UHGV virus genome: UHGV-0868109
Length of the DNA: 38,226 bases
Origin: a virus
Strand: one strand, 5' to 3'
How positions within the stretch are numbered: position 1 is the stretch's first letter; every line of letters starts with the position of its first letter. The notes beneath the pieces are model-generated. The model was given only the letters and a program-made list of their open reading frames with translations. It did not search any database and was not told the DNA's origin. The position numbers and the translations under genes were made by a program. Below are positions 6,720 to 16,768 of this stretch, in pieces.

Positions 6720-7328
6720 TCAGAACAACTGGAATCTGTCAATTTTCTTTCCGAAGCTACCAGCGTAACCATCCTGTCCACCGCCAGTCTCGTTGTTGTA
6801 CTGCCAGGAGTAATATCCTTTATTGACCGGTGAAACTCTGTACTGTGCTTTCTGACTGCTGCCATCCGGTGCAAGATATATCACCTCGATTGCATCAATC
6901 GGCTTACCGTTTCCGGCATATCCATTTACCGGATCAGCCCAGTTGAACCCGGTCACATATGGCAGCCACTTTCCACCCAGTACATGAACACGGTATTCGA
7001 CTTTTCCCACGTTACACATGATTGCAACGTCTGTGATCGCCTTTCCCCTGACTCCTGCATAATCGGCAAGATTCTTCACGGATGGATACGTCTTTCCGTC
7101 AGCTTTCACGCAGTAGGTGAATACTACTGCCGCATTATAGTGTCCTCCTGATGGTTTGGCAGTCTCTTTCGGACCAGAAGCTGTTCCCTGTCCGTAATCA
7201 ATATCACAGAGCTTCAGAAGATGCGTGAATCCATTCTGTGACAGATTGGCGATCCGCACACCGTAAGCTGATCCATCAGCAGCAATGTACTGATCATTTC
7301 CGAGATAGATTCCAATATGCCCATTCAT
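6720..7328 (-). CDS. Endolysin C-terminal portion (rest of the NlpC/P60 fold beginning HIGIYLGNDQ, plus a putative cell-wall-binding domain). In frame with the upstream ORF across a TGA
   Basis: Same frame as 7338..7631 (7631-7328=303). Starts MNGHIGIYLG, repeating the AHIG that ends the upstream ORF. Confidence 0.6.
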   Translation of the reverse strand: MNGHIGIYLGNDQYIAADGSAYGVRIANLSQNGFTHLLKLCDIDYGQGTASGPKETAKPSGGHYNAAVVFTYCVKADGKTYPSVKNLADYAGVRGKAITDVAIMCNVGKVEYRVHVLGGKWLPYVTGFNWADPVNGYAGNGKPIDAIEVIYLAPDGSSQKAQYRVSPVNKGYYSWQYNNETGGGQDGYAGSFGKKIDRFQLF

Positions 7329-7337
7329 CCATACTGC

Positions 7338-7631
7338 TCAACCGATATGCGCATCAGATCTTTTGCTGATCGGGATCACCTCAACCGCTGTACTCTTATA
7401 CTGTCCTGATCCCCGGACAATGCCGGTATACCAGCTAATCAGACCGGAACAGTCTACGCATACCCTTCCAGCTTTCTTATCATCTGATTCCCATACACAA
7501 TTAGATCCATACATTTTCCGGAGTGCCTGGATCTTTGCCAGACTCATCACTGTACCCTTTGCCCCATATACATAGGGTGTTCCGATCTTACTTTTTGCAA
7601 ATGCGATTAATCCTGCTGCTGTCTTACTCAT
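7338..7631 (-). CDS. Endolysin N-terminal portion, NlpC/P60 peptidase with the catalytic Cys (DCSGLISW); ends at an in-frame TGA
   Basis: GGAAGGGAG SD. NlpC/P60 Cys motif. Stop TGA at 7338-7340. Confidence 0.7.
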   Translation of the reverse strand: MSKTAAGLIAFAKSKIGTPYVYGAKGTVMSLAKIQALRKMYGSNCVWESDDKKAGRVCVDCSGLISWYTGIVRGSGQYKSTAVEVIPISKRSDAHIG

Positions 7632-7661
7632 ATTTTTCTCCCTTCCTGCACCGGTGCAAAC

Positions 7662-7985
7662 TTAGTTCTTCTTATATTTATTGCGATTCCACATTTCCGT
7701 GACACGTTCCCAACCGCCAGTGCTTACCAGATAGACAATAAATGCGGCAATAAATGATGCGAAAATGTAATACCACTCAATTACTACTGTATAATATGTG
7801 CATAGTACGATCACTGACACGGGTGTCAAGATCAGTGCTGTAGCCAGTGCGACTGCATTGGTCTGTACTTTTTTAAGTCCGGGCATTTCCTTAATAACCT
7901 GCACAATCACGCTGACCATGAAAGCCAGTACCCCGATTCCTGCCAATATGTAACTCATATACTGCATTAATATTTCAATGTTCAT
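7662..7985 (-). CDS. Holin (2-3 transmembrane segments, charged C-terminus)
   Basis: Hydrophobic segments AGIGVLAFMVSVIVQVI and LATALILTPVSVIVLCTYY, C-terminal RNKYKKN. AAAGGAG SD. Confidence 0.75.
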   Translation of the reverse strand: MNIEILMQYMSYILAGIGVLAFMVSVIVQVIKEMPGLKKVQTNAVALATALILTPVSVIVLCTYYTVVIEWYYIFASFIAAFIVYLVSTGGWERVTEMWNRNKYKKN

Positions 7986-7997
7986 AGTTAGTCTCCT

Positions 7998-8309
7998 TTA
8001 TTTCAATCCAAATTTCATTGCCGCTGCACCAAGAACAAGACCGAGGGCAGTTGTAAGAACGTATTTTACAGCTGTTCTCCACATATCTCCATCTCGACTT
8101 TCTAATGTTTCCAAGCGTTTCCCTTGCTGCTTCTGCTCGCTTACCATAAGTTCTATACTCTGTGCGAGCTTTTCGACTGACACTGTAAGCGAATTAATCT
8201 GCTGCGTAATCTTTTCCAATACTTCAATCCGCTTGTTCTGACGATGATTTTCGTCCTCGATCCGCTTCTTGAACTCTTCATGTTCTGCCCTTGTAATTAC
8301 GTCATCCAT
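7998..8309 (-). CDS. xhlA: XhlA-like haemolysin/lysis-associated protein (coiled coil plus C-terminal TM)
   Basis: ATG at 8309 with AAAGGAGGTGA SD. Coiled-coil region then a TALGLVLGAAAMKFGLK TM anchor. Confidence 0.65.
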   Translation of the reverse strand: MDDVITRAEHEEFKKRIEDENHRQNKRIEVLEKITQQINSLTVSVEKLAQSIELMVSEQKQQGKRLETLESRDGDMWRTAVKYVLTTALGLVLGAAAMKFGLK

Positions 8310-8342
8310 CTTTCTCACCTCCTTTTGCATTTAAAGTCAAAA

Positions 8343-9476
8343 TCATCCGACTGCAAACACCGGGCGAACCCCATAAGTGCTTGTAGCCATATCACTGCTA
8401 GCATCTCCGTATTGGGATACCAGGGTGTATGTCTGTGATCCTGCTACATTCCGCAGCCAATAGTTTACGCCAACAACCTTCAATTCAGGCACAAGACCAA
8501 ATAGTGCCAGTTGCTGTGTATCAGATGTCTGCTTATTACTGTTGTCGGTGCAAATATAAGTTCCATGCACCATTACTTCGTTCATGAGATCAATAGATGC
8601 CGTTATCCAAGTTCCGTCAGAAAATATCCTATGTGATATCAGTATATTTTTAAATGCGTCCGGCAGCGAGTTAGCTATTTGATTTAACCGCACAGTTTTC
8701 ATCGTCGAACTTTTGTAGCCACCTGATGTACTGTTGCCGGTATTCATTTGACCACTTCCTAATATAGTATCGGGAACTATTAGTACGTGTGGTTTTTGTA
8801 CTTTTTCTGATTCTGGATAACCTACATTTCGCCAATAATTTATGTCTGCTATCCTGTATTTGGTTCCGTTTATCTCCCAGTAGTCGCCGACGTACAGATT
8901 CCGAAAACTGCCCTTCCTGATTGCAATCACCTGTTCTTCTGTAATAGATTCGCCCAGGCACTTACCTCGAAAGACGTTCCGGTGCATTTCCGGTGAAAAT
9001 CCAGCCATATATACGCTGACCGTCTGCTCTACCATCTCAGCGGTAGCCGCAAACTTTCCAGCATCTGCATCGTCCCGCACTGACTGGGCGATCTGTTGTG
9101 TCTCGTCCACCTTATCAAGAATCTTCTGCCATACTGTCGGCTCAGGATCGGATGGAGTGCCACCGCTCAAAGTAGCCGGAACCGTAAAGCTCTTGATATC
9201 GGTCGTGATAATCGTCTCGCCCAGTGTACCGGATACTGATACCCCAACCCGACCAGGTGCGGCAAGAGCTTCTGCTGGCACGATACAGGTATCATCTTTC
9301 AGAAGTTTCGGATGATTTCCCCCATCCGCTCCCCGGAAGAAAGCAGTCTTTACGGTTCCATCCCATTCCTCTGAGAAGCTGAACTCCGCTTTCAGATACT
9401 CCCTCGTCCCCTCTGCTGTCTCAGGCGGCTCAAGATAGAGCCGCTGATTTACTACTTTTTCATGCTTTTTCCTCAT
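8343..9476 (-). CDS. Tail fibre / receptor-binding protein (377 aa)
   Basis: Position between the tail tip genes and the lysis cassette. Gly/Ser/Thr-rich with a C-terminal beta-rich domain. Confidence 0.5.
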   Translation of the reverse strand: MRKKHEKVVNQRLYLEPPETAEGTREYLKAEFSFSEEWDGTVKTAFFRGADGGNHPKLLKDDTCIVPAEALAAPGRVGVSVSGTLGETIITTDIKSFTVPATLSGGTPSDPEPTVWQKILDKVDETQQIAQSVRDDADAGKFAATAEMVEQTVSVYMAGFSPEMHRNVFRGKCLGESITEEQVIAIRKGSFRNLYVGDYWEINGTKYRIADINYWRNVGYPESEKVQKPHVLIVPDTILGSGQMNTGNSTSGGYKSSTMKTVRLNQIANSLPDAFKNILISHRIFSDGTWITASIDLMNEVMVHGTYICTDNSNKQTSDTQQLALFGLVPELKVVGVNYWLRNVAGSQTYTLVSQYGDASSDMATSTYGVRPVFAVG

Positions 9477-9663
9477 CCCCTTTTACAAGCTCCGCCATAC
9501 CGGAATCCTCCAGGATCTCCCGGACTTTCTCTTTGAGCAGTCTCGGGACCTGTCCATATGTCTTTTTTCCTAAGATAATCTGCTGTGCCCATAACATTGC
9601 CATCATTTCTTTACCTCCTGCATTTTGCATTAATATGAATATATTGGTTAATAGAGTTACCAT
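9460..9663 (-). CDS. XkdX-like small phage protein
   Basis: 67 aa, MLWAQQIILGKKTYGQVPRLLKEKV pattern. Canonical position just upstream of XhlA and the holin. Confidence 0.5.
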   Translation of the reverse strand: MVTLLTNIFILMQNAGGKEMMAMLWAQQIILGKKTYGQVPRLLKEKVREILEDSGMAELVKGDEEKA

Positions 9664-9664
9664 T

Positions 9665-10036
9665 TTACTGATACACCTCTTCAGACATTTCCAAGATGCA
9701 TCCTTTCAACATTTCCACCTGTTCTTTTAAATCTGCATTCTCCCGGATCAGTGCGTCCATCTTTTCTGCCACTGTCTCTCCCGGCTTCGACAGAATAATG
9801 CCTATAATACCGGCTGTGTACTTGGTGATTCCCTCAAGAGTCGTATACCCCTCGTACTCTCCGACCGTCTGGCTACGTTCTGATATAACCATTTTCCGGG
9901 TCTTCAGCTCGTCCCCGAACATTCCCCGCAGATCCTCTTCCGTTGCTGATACTGTCTTGATCAGCAGTGTCCCATCCCCCTGGATGGATGCTGACTGGAT
10001 CTGCAGATCTGTGCCATCGTTGTATATAAGTTTCAT
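9665..10036 (-). CDS. Small tail-associated protein (XkdW-like position)
   Basis: 123-aa ORF packed between tail fibre genes. Confidence 0.45.
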   Translation of the reverse strand: MKLIYNDGTDLQIQSASIQGDGTLLIKTVSATEEDLRGMFGDELKTRKMVISERSQTVGEYEGYTTLEGITKYTAGIIGIILSKPGETVAEKMDALIRENADLKEQVEMLKGCILEMSEEVYQ

Positions 10037-10052
10037 TTACACTTTTTCCTCC

Positions 10053-10868
10053 TTAATCTACCAACCACGCAATCTGTGAGCAGATATAGCCGTTATACTG
10101 CATCTGCGCATTGGCTCCACGAAAAAGTCCTACTTTTCCAGTTCCTGCACTAACTGGTGTCACGGAAATGAAAAAATCCGGATAGGTCTGCCCTCTGACT
10201 ATTGCTGGTGCAAAAACATAATTTGCCGGACGATCACTCGCCGCAAGATTAACGATTGTTCCGTCTGCTGCGGAACTGGTGTCCACAAGATTCAGGATTC
10301 TTAACTTTCCCATCCGCTGTAATCGTACTCCTGATTTCAGCGTTTCTGTGGACGGGATCATATCTTGCTGAATTGTATCCATTGACGGCAACACATCCAA
10401 CAACTTTTTCACTCCCGTCACATTGATTCCCTCCAACGTAATCTCAAATACCGGGCAATCATCCACAAGATCACCCTCCTGCAGATTCCCTTTTGTATAT
10501 GCAGGAACTGTAGGTGTCCCGCTCGTTGGCGTTCCCATAATATACAGCCATTCATTTGTCTCGATACCGGTCTCTTTATTCCGGGTATACCGGTTTACGA
10601 CCAGGTCTTTTCTCTTCATTCCCTGCGTTCCGTTCGTGATCGTGACCTCGTCATAAGTACCAATCTTCACAGCTGATACATTCCCGTGATGTGCCATGAT
10701 TCCACTTCGGATCTTAAGCAGATTATTCGATGTTAATTCCGGTTCAAGATTTTCCCCGGAAGTCAGAATGCAGCTCCCCTGCCCGATCGTTCCCTCAAGG
10801 ATCTGACGGAACTGCTGGCTGGTAACGTGAGGACTGCCAGTCTTTCCTGATACTATCTCCATGTTCAA
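10053..10868 (-). CDS. Tail tip / baseplate-associated protein (271 aa)
   Basis: ORF in the tail module, 4-nt overlap with the upstream gene. Confidence 0.5.
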   Translation of the reverse strand: MNMEIVSGKTGSPHVTSQQFRQILEGTIGQGSCILTSGENLEPELTSNNLLKIRSGIMAHHGNVSAVKIGTYDEVTITNGTQGMKRKDLVVNRYTRNKETGIETNEWLYIMGTPTSGTPTVPAYTKGNLQEGDLVDDCPVFEITLEGINVTGVKKLLDVLPSMDTIQQDMIPSTETLKSGVRLQRMGKLRILNLVDTSSAADGTIVNLAASDRPANYVFAPAIVRGQTYPDFFISVTPVSAGTGKVGLFRGANAQMQYNGYICSQIAWLVD

Positions 10869-11842
10869 TCTCCTTCCAATTTATATTCTTTTGATATAAC
10901 TCCATTTGTGACACTGTAAACGATATTTCCGACAGATTTTTTCATCGTCATGCCGGTCAGATAATCTCGTCCACCGATGACATCACCGATTGCCACATCA
11001 ATTCCCAGTTTTTCAATGTCCATATCAAATGTCTTTTTATTGCAGATTTCTTTCAGCTTTTCGCCTGCTTTTGATTTAAGTTCCGCCGTTTCCGTTGACG
11101 TATTTTCGTAAACTTCTGCGATTTCCCCTAGTCCTGTATAGTAAGGCTCTTCCCGAAAAGATCCGTCAGGCCAGACATACAGATGGTATACAGTACGATC
11201 AGCAAGCTCTCCCTTTCCAGCTACGATCAGATGATTGATTCCATTCCGACCATCCTCCATTGTATAATTCAGACTGCAGTCTTTTGACAATTCCACCTGA
11301 TCTGAATAATCTACAGCCGGCACGGCACTGATCAGGATATATCCCGGAATCCCTTCCTCTCGTTTGTGCCGGATATCTAACCTGTACCCCTCACTTGCGA
11401 GCATTTTTACAATTCCATCCAGCAAGGTGCAATATCGGTCAAACTGGTAGTTGCTCACAGACACCCCGGTATTTTCCTGACTGACTACAAAAAGTCCATC
11501 AAATTCCGGGTCGATCAGCGTCTTCAACACTTCATTCAGTTCCCCGGATACTTTTTTATAATCACTTCCGGCTGGTGGCTGGATAATTTTATGCTCCAGC
11601 ATTCCACGCCACGTATAGCCTTTCAGCTCCACGTAGTCCAGAGTTGTATCTGTCAGTACACTTCCTATGATTCCGCCATATTCCGTATCCGGGACGTACA
11701 CCAACGCATCAAATGTCAGCGACTGTGTCCAGTAGCAGCGTGCAATCTGCACTGTAAACATCTTTTTGTTGTTGACATCAAATTCAACATTTGCGTTCTT
11801 CAGACTTCCGATTTCTCTTTGTGCATCTGCCAAAATCACCAT
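10865..11842 (-). CDS. Tail protein (Tal-like / tail-associated), 325 aa
   Basis: Second gene after the TMP, with overlapping junctions. Confidence 0.5.
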   Translation of the reverse strand: MVILADAQREIGSLKNANVEFDVNNKKMFTVQIARCYWTQSLTFDALVYVPDTEYGGIIGSVLTDTTLDYVELKGYTWRGMLEHKIIQPPAGSDYKKVSGELNEVLKTLIDPEFDGLFVVSQENTGVSVSNYQFDRYCTLLDGIVKMLASEGYRLDIRHKREEGIPGYILISAVPAVDYSDQVELSKDCSLNYTMEDGRNGINHLIVAGKGELADRTVYHLYVWPDGSFREEPYYTGLGEIAEVYENTSTETAELKSKAGEKLKEICNKKTFDMDIEKLGIDVAIGDVIGGRDYLTGMTMKKSVGNIVYSVTNGVISKEYKLEGD

Positions 11843-12624
11843 GCTGCTTCCCTCCGTTCCAGAAAGATATCCAAATCTATCCCATACGTTCCCGCCCAGT
11901 TCACCCGGATGAGACCGCTTGGGATCTTTTCAAAAATGGAATATTCATAACCTCGTTCATTAAACAGATTGGATACAGTTCCATTTGTCAGATATTTATA
12001 TACTGTCTGCTCTGCGGATTCAATAATCATGTATTCATTTCGTTCCAGTGTGGCCCTGACTTCGTAAGGGTGTCCGTTGATTAATATCTTCGGATTCGTA
12101 CAAGGTCCATATACCGTCATCTTAAAATCTGATGCAGAGGGATGGTCAATTTTAAATTCGGCCGTCCCCGCCCGAACATCTGCGAAATCAAAAGGGAAAT
12201 CAAAGGGAAAATCCAATCCGCTTGCTGCTGTCAGCTGACTTTGCGGAAAAAGCTGCTGACTTACTACTGTCATCCATGACAAGGACGGAGCTGCAAAAGT
12301 AAGCTCCACTTCTGCCATATCGAACCCTTTCCAGTTCGACTTCTTTGATTTCTCTACATGGCAAGAGAGGAATGTACCGTTCACGCACAATCTTCCATGT
12401 ACTCCAAGATCTGCATCTACGGCAAGCACGCTGTACAGCTTTTCCATATTTTTCGCAAGACCTTCCCCGCTGTCGTATACGTCCACCTGCACCGTCTTCT
12501 GATATCCGCTTGCAGTCTCATCCCATTCGGAATCATACCAGTCTGCTTCTGCCGTATAATACGGATCAACAAGAAAATTCAGGATCACTCCTTTTGAATT
12601 TATGTAATACGCTTCTCTTATCAT
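11836..12624 (-). CDS. Distal tail protein (Dit-like), 262 aa
   Basis: Immediately downstream of the TMP with a 4-nt overlap. Size typical for Dit. Confidence 0.55.
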   Translation of the reverse strand: MIREAYYINSKGVILNFLVDPYYTAEADWYDSEWDETASGYQKTVQVDVYDSGEGLAKNMEKLYSVLAVDADLGVHGRLCVNGTFLSCHVEKSKKSNWKGFDMAEVELTFAAPSLSWMTVVSQQLFPQSQLTAASGLDFPFDFPFDFADVRAGTAEFKIDHPSASDFKMTVYGPCTNPKILINGHPYEVRATLERNEYMIIESAEQTVYKYLTNGTVSNLFNERGYEYSIFEKIPSGLIRVNWAGTYGIDLDIFLERREAAW

Positions 12625-15600
12625 ATTTTCGGCACCGCTCCTTTCGGCAGTTCCCGGTCTAACCGGGTCGTACCCAGGTATACCGGCCTGCTCTGCATCT
12701 TCTTAACACCGGCAGCCGTTGCATTCCCGACTTTCGCTGCCAGTTTCGTCAAATCCTCGTCTGAAATCCTCATAGTACTCTGTACGCTCTGCTGATTTAT
12801 GATCTTTTCTGTACTCTGCAAGGCAAATGAGCTGGTGATCCTGTTTGTATTCACCGCCATCGCCTCCCGTACCCGGGTGGACAGATCTGCCATGTCCAGC
12901 GAGTTCAGTGCCGAACGTGCCATTCGTTCTGAAGCCTTTTTTACAGCCGGTATCTGATCGTCAATTCCAAGTACGAATCCCTCGCCAGAAAAACGCCCCG
13001 CTCCTCGCATTACTTTTGATGGTGAATGAATCCCCAGTACGCTCTTGACTTTTTCATAAGCCGTACTTGCCATCTCTGCCGCTTTTGATGCAGCTTTTCC
13101 AACCCAGTCACCAATTCCACGAACAAATCCTGATCCGAAATTAGACCCGGTATCGTATGAATTAATACTTCCTGCTCCGCTTTTTGCACTGGTAGCAAGG
13201 GATGTTCCTTTTGCCCTTGCATCCCCTGCCTTACTTCCGACAGCAGAAGAATATGCTGTTCCGAACGATTTTCCAGTACTTCCCGGATTCACCGATCCAG
13301 CTCCACGCTTCGCACTGTCTGCCAGTCCTTTTCCTCTTGTCAACAGCTTCCCGACAAAACTGCCGATCGCTGTATCGAAAAATCTTCCAAATGCACTACC
13401 GGTCGAGGTCGGGTCAACAGCCCCTGCTCCTCTTTTTGCAGCTTCTGCATTCGCTTTTCCCTGTTGTTCCGAAACTGACAGCTGTGATCCGATTCCTTCA
13501 TTAAAAGAAGTCATCAACCCTGATCCGATTTCTTTCGTATCTCCTACTGATCCCCGCATAGCTTCAAGCAGCCGGGAGATCACGCCAGTACCGGAAGAAG
13601 TAAGTTCCTCCTGACCTTCGTTCAATCCTTCAACCGCTCCCGGCCAGACATACGAAAAGATTTCTTTCACCGCACGGGACGGACTGTGGACATCAAGAGT
13701 CGTGATCAGGCTTTGCAGGAATGCATCCGCACCTTGCTCTGCCGGATCAACCAGCGTTTCAAACCCTTCCAGTCCTTCCAAAGCTCCATACCACGCCTGT
13801 GACCATGTCTCTTTGGTTTTTTCATCCAGTCCTGAAAAACCTTTCAGAAAGCTTTCCATTCCTGCCTGTGCCTCAGTGCTCAGCGTACCGGATATCTTTG
13901 CCTGTGCCATAGCCGCTACAAGCTCTGCAGAACCATCCTTACCGGCATTTTTTAATATTTCCTTGATCTGATCTGCACCAGTTCCAACCTGATTCAGTGC
14001 AATCCCCATAGCCTCCGTCAAGCCATCTTTGGTCTGCTGGGCTAACTGCATTGCTCCATCTTTTTCAGCGGAAAAAATACTGGTAAGCTTATCTGTCATT
14101 GCACTGGCCTGCTCGATGGCTGCTTCTGATCCAATCTCCAAAGTAGTGTCAATTCCGCTCTGAATTTCTGCCAGTGCAGAGTTGATCGTATCAGTATTTC
14201 CACTCATTGCTGCCTCTGTCAGGCTACTGTAATCGGAGATGACTTTCTGATTATCCTGCATCGCCGCATTGGCAGCGTCAAAGTTTGCCTGCAATTCTTC
14301 CAGTCCACTACCTGCTTTTTCAAGCTTTTCTTTCAGTTCTCCGTACTTTTCAGTATTCCGCACAATAGCTTCGCCCTGGGCATCATACCCCATTACTACA
14401 GCATTTGCCGATTCTGCTTCAAGTTCCTTCTCAAGTTCTGCGATCTTGCTTTTTTTGCTACTAAGCTTTTCGTAAGCGTCTGCCAGTTCAGCTGCCTTGT
14501 CTGCCTGCTCTTTCATTGCATCTGCATAGTCTGACTTCATGGAGTCAAGAACGGCTTCTGCTTTTTTTGCCGCAATCAGATCGTAAACAGATTTTTCCAA
14601 GTCACTGTAATTCTGAATCAGTCCATCATTCAGGCTGATTTCTACGCCTAACGCACTGGACAGCTCACCTGTGATATACGCTGCCCTTGCCTCCTGTCCT
14701 GCCTGCACTTTTCCATTGGCATCAACAATCTTTTGCAGTTCTCCCCACAATGCTTCTGCATTGTCGATCTCAGATGTGGCTGCCTGAATATTTTTCTGCC
14801 TTGCCTCTGCTTTTTCATTAATACTGTCAATTTCATCCTGTGCCGCCCGGATACTTTCCTTTTGTGCCTCCGTCAGCCGATCTGTTGATGCTGCTTCATC
14901 ATCCGTCAGCAGGATCGCTGTTCCGATACAGGCAGCCAGTGCCGCTCCTGCTGTGACAAGCAGACCGATTGGATTTGATGCCATAGCAGCATTCAGGGCT
15001 GTCTGTGCTTTCGTCCACAGTCCAGTCAGGGCAGTTGTGACTCCGATCTGACCGCTATAGACTCCCATCAGCGTTTCCCGGAGCGTCAGACTGCCGTTAG
15101 ATGCTACAACCTGTATAGTATTGGCTTTTTCCATCGCAGTCAGCCTTGCCAGGGCTGCCGCATTCAGGTTCGTCTGATTCTTGCTGACCTTTGTGGCTGT
15201 ATTATACAACTTCAATGCTGTCGTAGCTCCCACCAACAATGGAGCAACAACACCTAGATTTCCACTCAGCAGGTCGATGGCTTTTGTGACCGGTGGGAGT
15301 GCCACTTTCGCAAGCGTTCCTGCCGCTTTGGTCAGATTCTTGAATACAGATACCGCTTTTTTCCCGGCTGATTTCAATCCGCCTGAATTGAGCGACTCTG
15401 ACAAGGCTTCTACTGCATCCTGTGCCGGTTTCTTTAATTCTGCCGGCAGAAGGCTTGCAAGTCCTCCCGCTATTGATTCTGCCACTTCTGCTGCGGCTGT
15501 CAGAAGTCTTCCTTTATTTCCTGACACGCCGGAAATGAAAGATTCAATGAAATCAACCGCTGTATCCACCATTTCCGGTGCGTGGGATGCTGCATCCACA

Positions 15601-16763
15601 GCAAAATCTGCAAAGATGTTTCCGGCTTCTTTTACGGCCGGTTTCAGACCACCATTTTTAAAGGCGTCCGTCATATCGCCTACAGCCTGCGTGGCTTGCA
15701 CGGCCGTATTTTTCAGTGGCGTATCAAGAGATTCATAAATTTCAATTCCAAGACCCTCAAGACTGGATTTCAAAATCGTAACCGCACCTTCAAGGTTGTC
15801 CTGCATTGTCTCTGACATATTCGCAGCCGTTCCGTCAGCGTTCTTTATGGCAGATGCAAGCTTGTCAAAATCACCCTGCGATGCATTTACGATAGCCAGC
15901 AATCCTGACATTGCCTCCTGTCCACCAATAGCTGCTGCCGCTGCCGCCTGCTCGTCTTTTGGCAATCCCTGAAGGGAATCCCTCATATTTTCCATAACCT
16001 CCATCAGGGTTTTCATACTGCCATCGGCATTAGTTAAAGATATATCATATTTATCCAGTGCCTCCGCTGCCTCTGTTGGTGGCTTGGCCAATCTGCTCAG
16101 AATCTGCCTTAAAGATGTTCCTGCTTGCCCTGCCTTAATTCCCGAATTTGCCATCAATCCGATAGCCTGGGACAAATCTTCAATGTTATACCCCAACGCT
16201 CCGGCTACTGGTGCAGCATACTTAAACGTCTCCCCCATCATGCCTACGTTGGTATTTGCATTACTGGACGCTGCCGCAAGGACATTCGCAAAGTGGGTGG
16301 AGTCCGATGCAGCCAGTCCCATCGCTGTCAGTGCATCTGTAACGATATCAGAAGTCGTTGCAAGATCTTCACCGGATGCCGCCGCAAGATCCATGATCCC
16401 CTCAATACCGGACAGCATATCCTGTGTCTTCCATCCCGCCATAGCCATGTATTCCATAGCCTGAGCAGATTCAGAGGCACTGAACTTCGTCTTTGCCCCC
16501 ATTTCCTTTGCCTTATCAGTCAGTTTCTGCAGTTCGTCCCCTGTAGCTCCTGAAATGGCTGATACTTTCGACATCTCAGATTCGAAGCTGGCACCGACCT
16601 TTACAGCTGCCGCTGCTGCACCTCCAAGAGCAGTGGACACTGCACTCACCGCTGTTGCTACGGTTTTCAGACCGGTTTTCGCAAGCTTTCCCATTTTGCT
16701 TAAATCTTTTTCAATACCGGATGTGTCCAGTCCGGTATCAATAATTACTTTTCCGTCTGCCAA
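12621..16763 (-). CDS. Tail tape measure protein (1380 aa)
   Basis: Very long Ala/Gly/coiled-coil protein with HSPS motifs (VHSPSRAV, GIHSPSKV) typical of the TP901-type TMP core. Internal C-terminal triplicated AKRGAGxVxPxSTGxxFG repeat. Confidence 0.9.
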   Translation of the reverse strand: MADGKVIIDTGLDTSGIEKDLSKMGKLAKTGLKTVATAVSAVSTALGGAAAAAVKVGASFESEMSKVSAISGATGDELQKLTDKAKEMGAKTKFSASESAQAMEYMAMAGWKTQDMLSGIEGIMDLAAASGEDLATTSDIVTDALTAMGLAASDSTHFANVLAAASSNANTNVGMMGETFKYAAPVAGALGYNIEDLSQAIGLMANSGIKAGQAGTSLRQILSRLAKPPTEAAEALDKYDISLTNADGSMKTLMEVMENMRDSLQGLPKDEQAAAAAAIGGQEAMSGLLAIVNASQGDFDKLASAIKNADGTAANMSETMQDNLEGAVTILKSSLEGLGIEIYESLDTPLKNTAVQATQAVGDMTDAFKNGGLKPAVKEAGNIFADFAVDAASHAPEMVDTAVDFIESFISGVSGNKGRLLTAAAEVAESIAGGLASLLPAELKKPAQDAVEALSESLNSGGLKSAGKKAVSVFKNLTKAAGTLAKVALPPVTKAIDLLSGNLGVVAPLLVGATTALKLYNTATKVSKNQTNLNAAALARLTAMEKANTIQVVASNGSLTLRETLMGVYSGQIGVTTALTGLWTKAQTALNAAMASNPIGLLVTAGAALAACIGTAILLTDDEAASTDRLTEAQKESIRAAQDEIDSINEKAEARQKNIQAATSEIDNAEALWGELQKIVDANGKVQAGQEARAAYITGELSSALGVEISLNDGLIQNYSDLEKSVYDLIAAKKAEAVLDSMKSDYADAMKEQADKAAELADAYEKLSSKKSKIAELEKELEAESANAVVMGYDAQGEAIVRNTEKYGELKEKLEKAGSGLEELQANFDAANAAMQDNQKVISDYSSLTEAAMSGNTDTINSALAEIQSGIDTTLEIGSEAAIEQASAMTDKLTSIFSAEKDGAMQLAQQTKDGLTEAMGIALNQVGTGADQIKEILKNAGKDGSAELVAAMAQAKISGTLSTEAQAGMESFLKGFSGLDEKTKETWSQAWYGALEGLEGFETLVDPAEQGADAFLQSLITTLDVHSPSRAVKEIFSYVWPGAVEGLNEGQEELTSSGTGVISRLLEAMRGSVGDTKEIGSGLMTSFNEGIGSQLSVSEQQGKANAEAAKRGAGAVDPTSTGSAFGRFFDTAIGSFVGKLLTRGKGLADSAKRGAGSVNPGSTGKSFGTAYSSAVGSKAGDARAKGTSLATSAKSGAGSINSYDTGSNFGSGFVRGIGDWVGKAASKAAEMASTAYEKVKSVLGIHSPSKVMRGAGRFSGEGFVLGIDDQIPAVKKASERMARSALNSLDMADLSTRVREAMAVNTNRITSSFALQSTEKIINQQSVQSTMRISDEDLTKLAAKVGNATAAGVKKMQSRPVYLGTTRLDRELPKGAVPKI

Positions 16764-16768
16764 TCATC

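Noticed and set aside
8671-8961. 96-aa minus-strand ORF in an alternative frame inside the tail-fibre gene
   Set aside because: Fully contained within the 377-aa ORF. Arg/Lys-rich alternative frame with no SD
8343-9476. Diversity-generating retroelement target (variable region) in the tail-fibre C-terminus
   Set aside because: No reverse transcriptase gene or template repeat is present in the window, and the 3' end of the gene is not unusually AAC-rich
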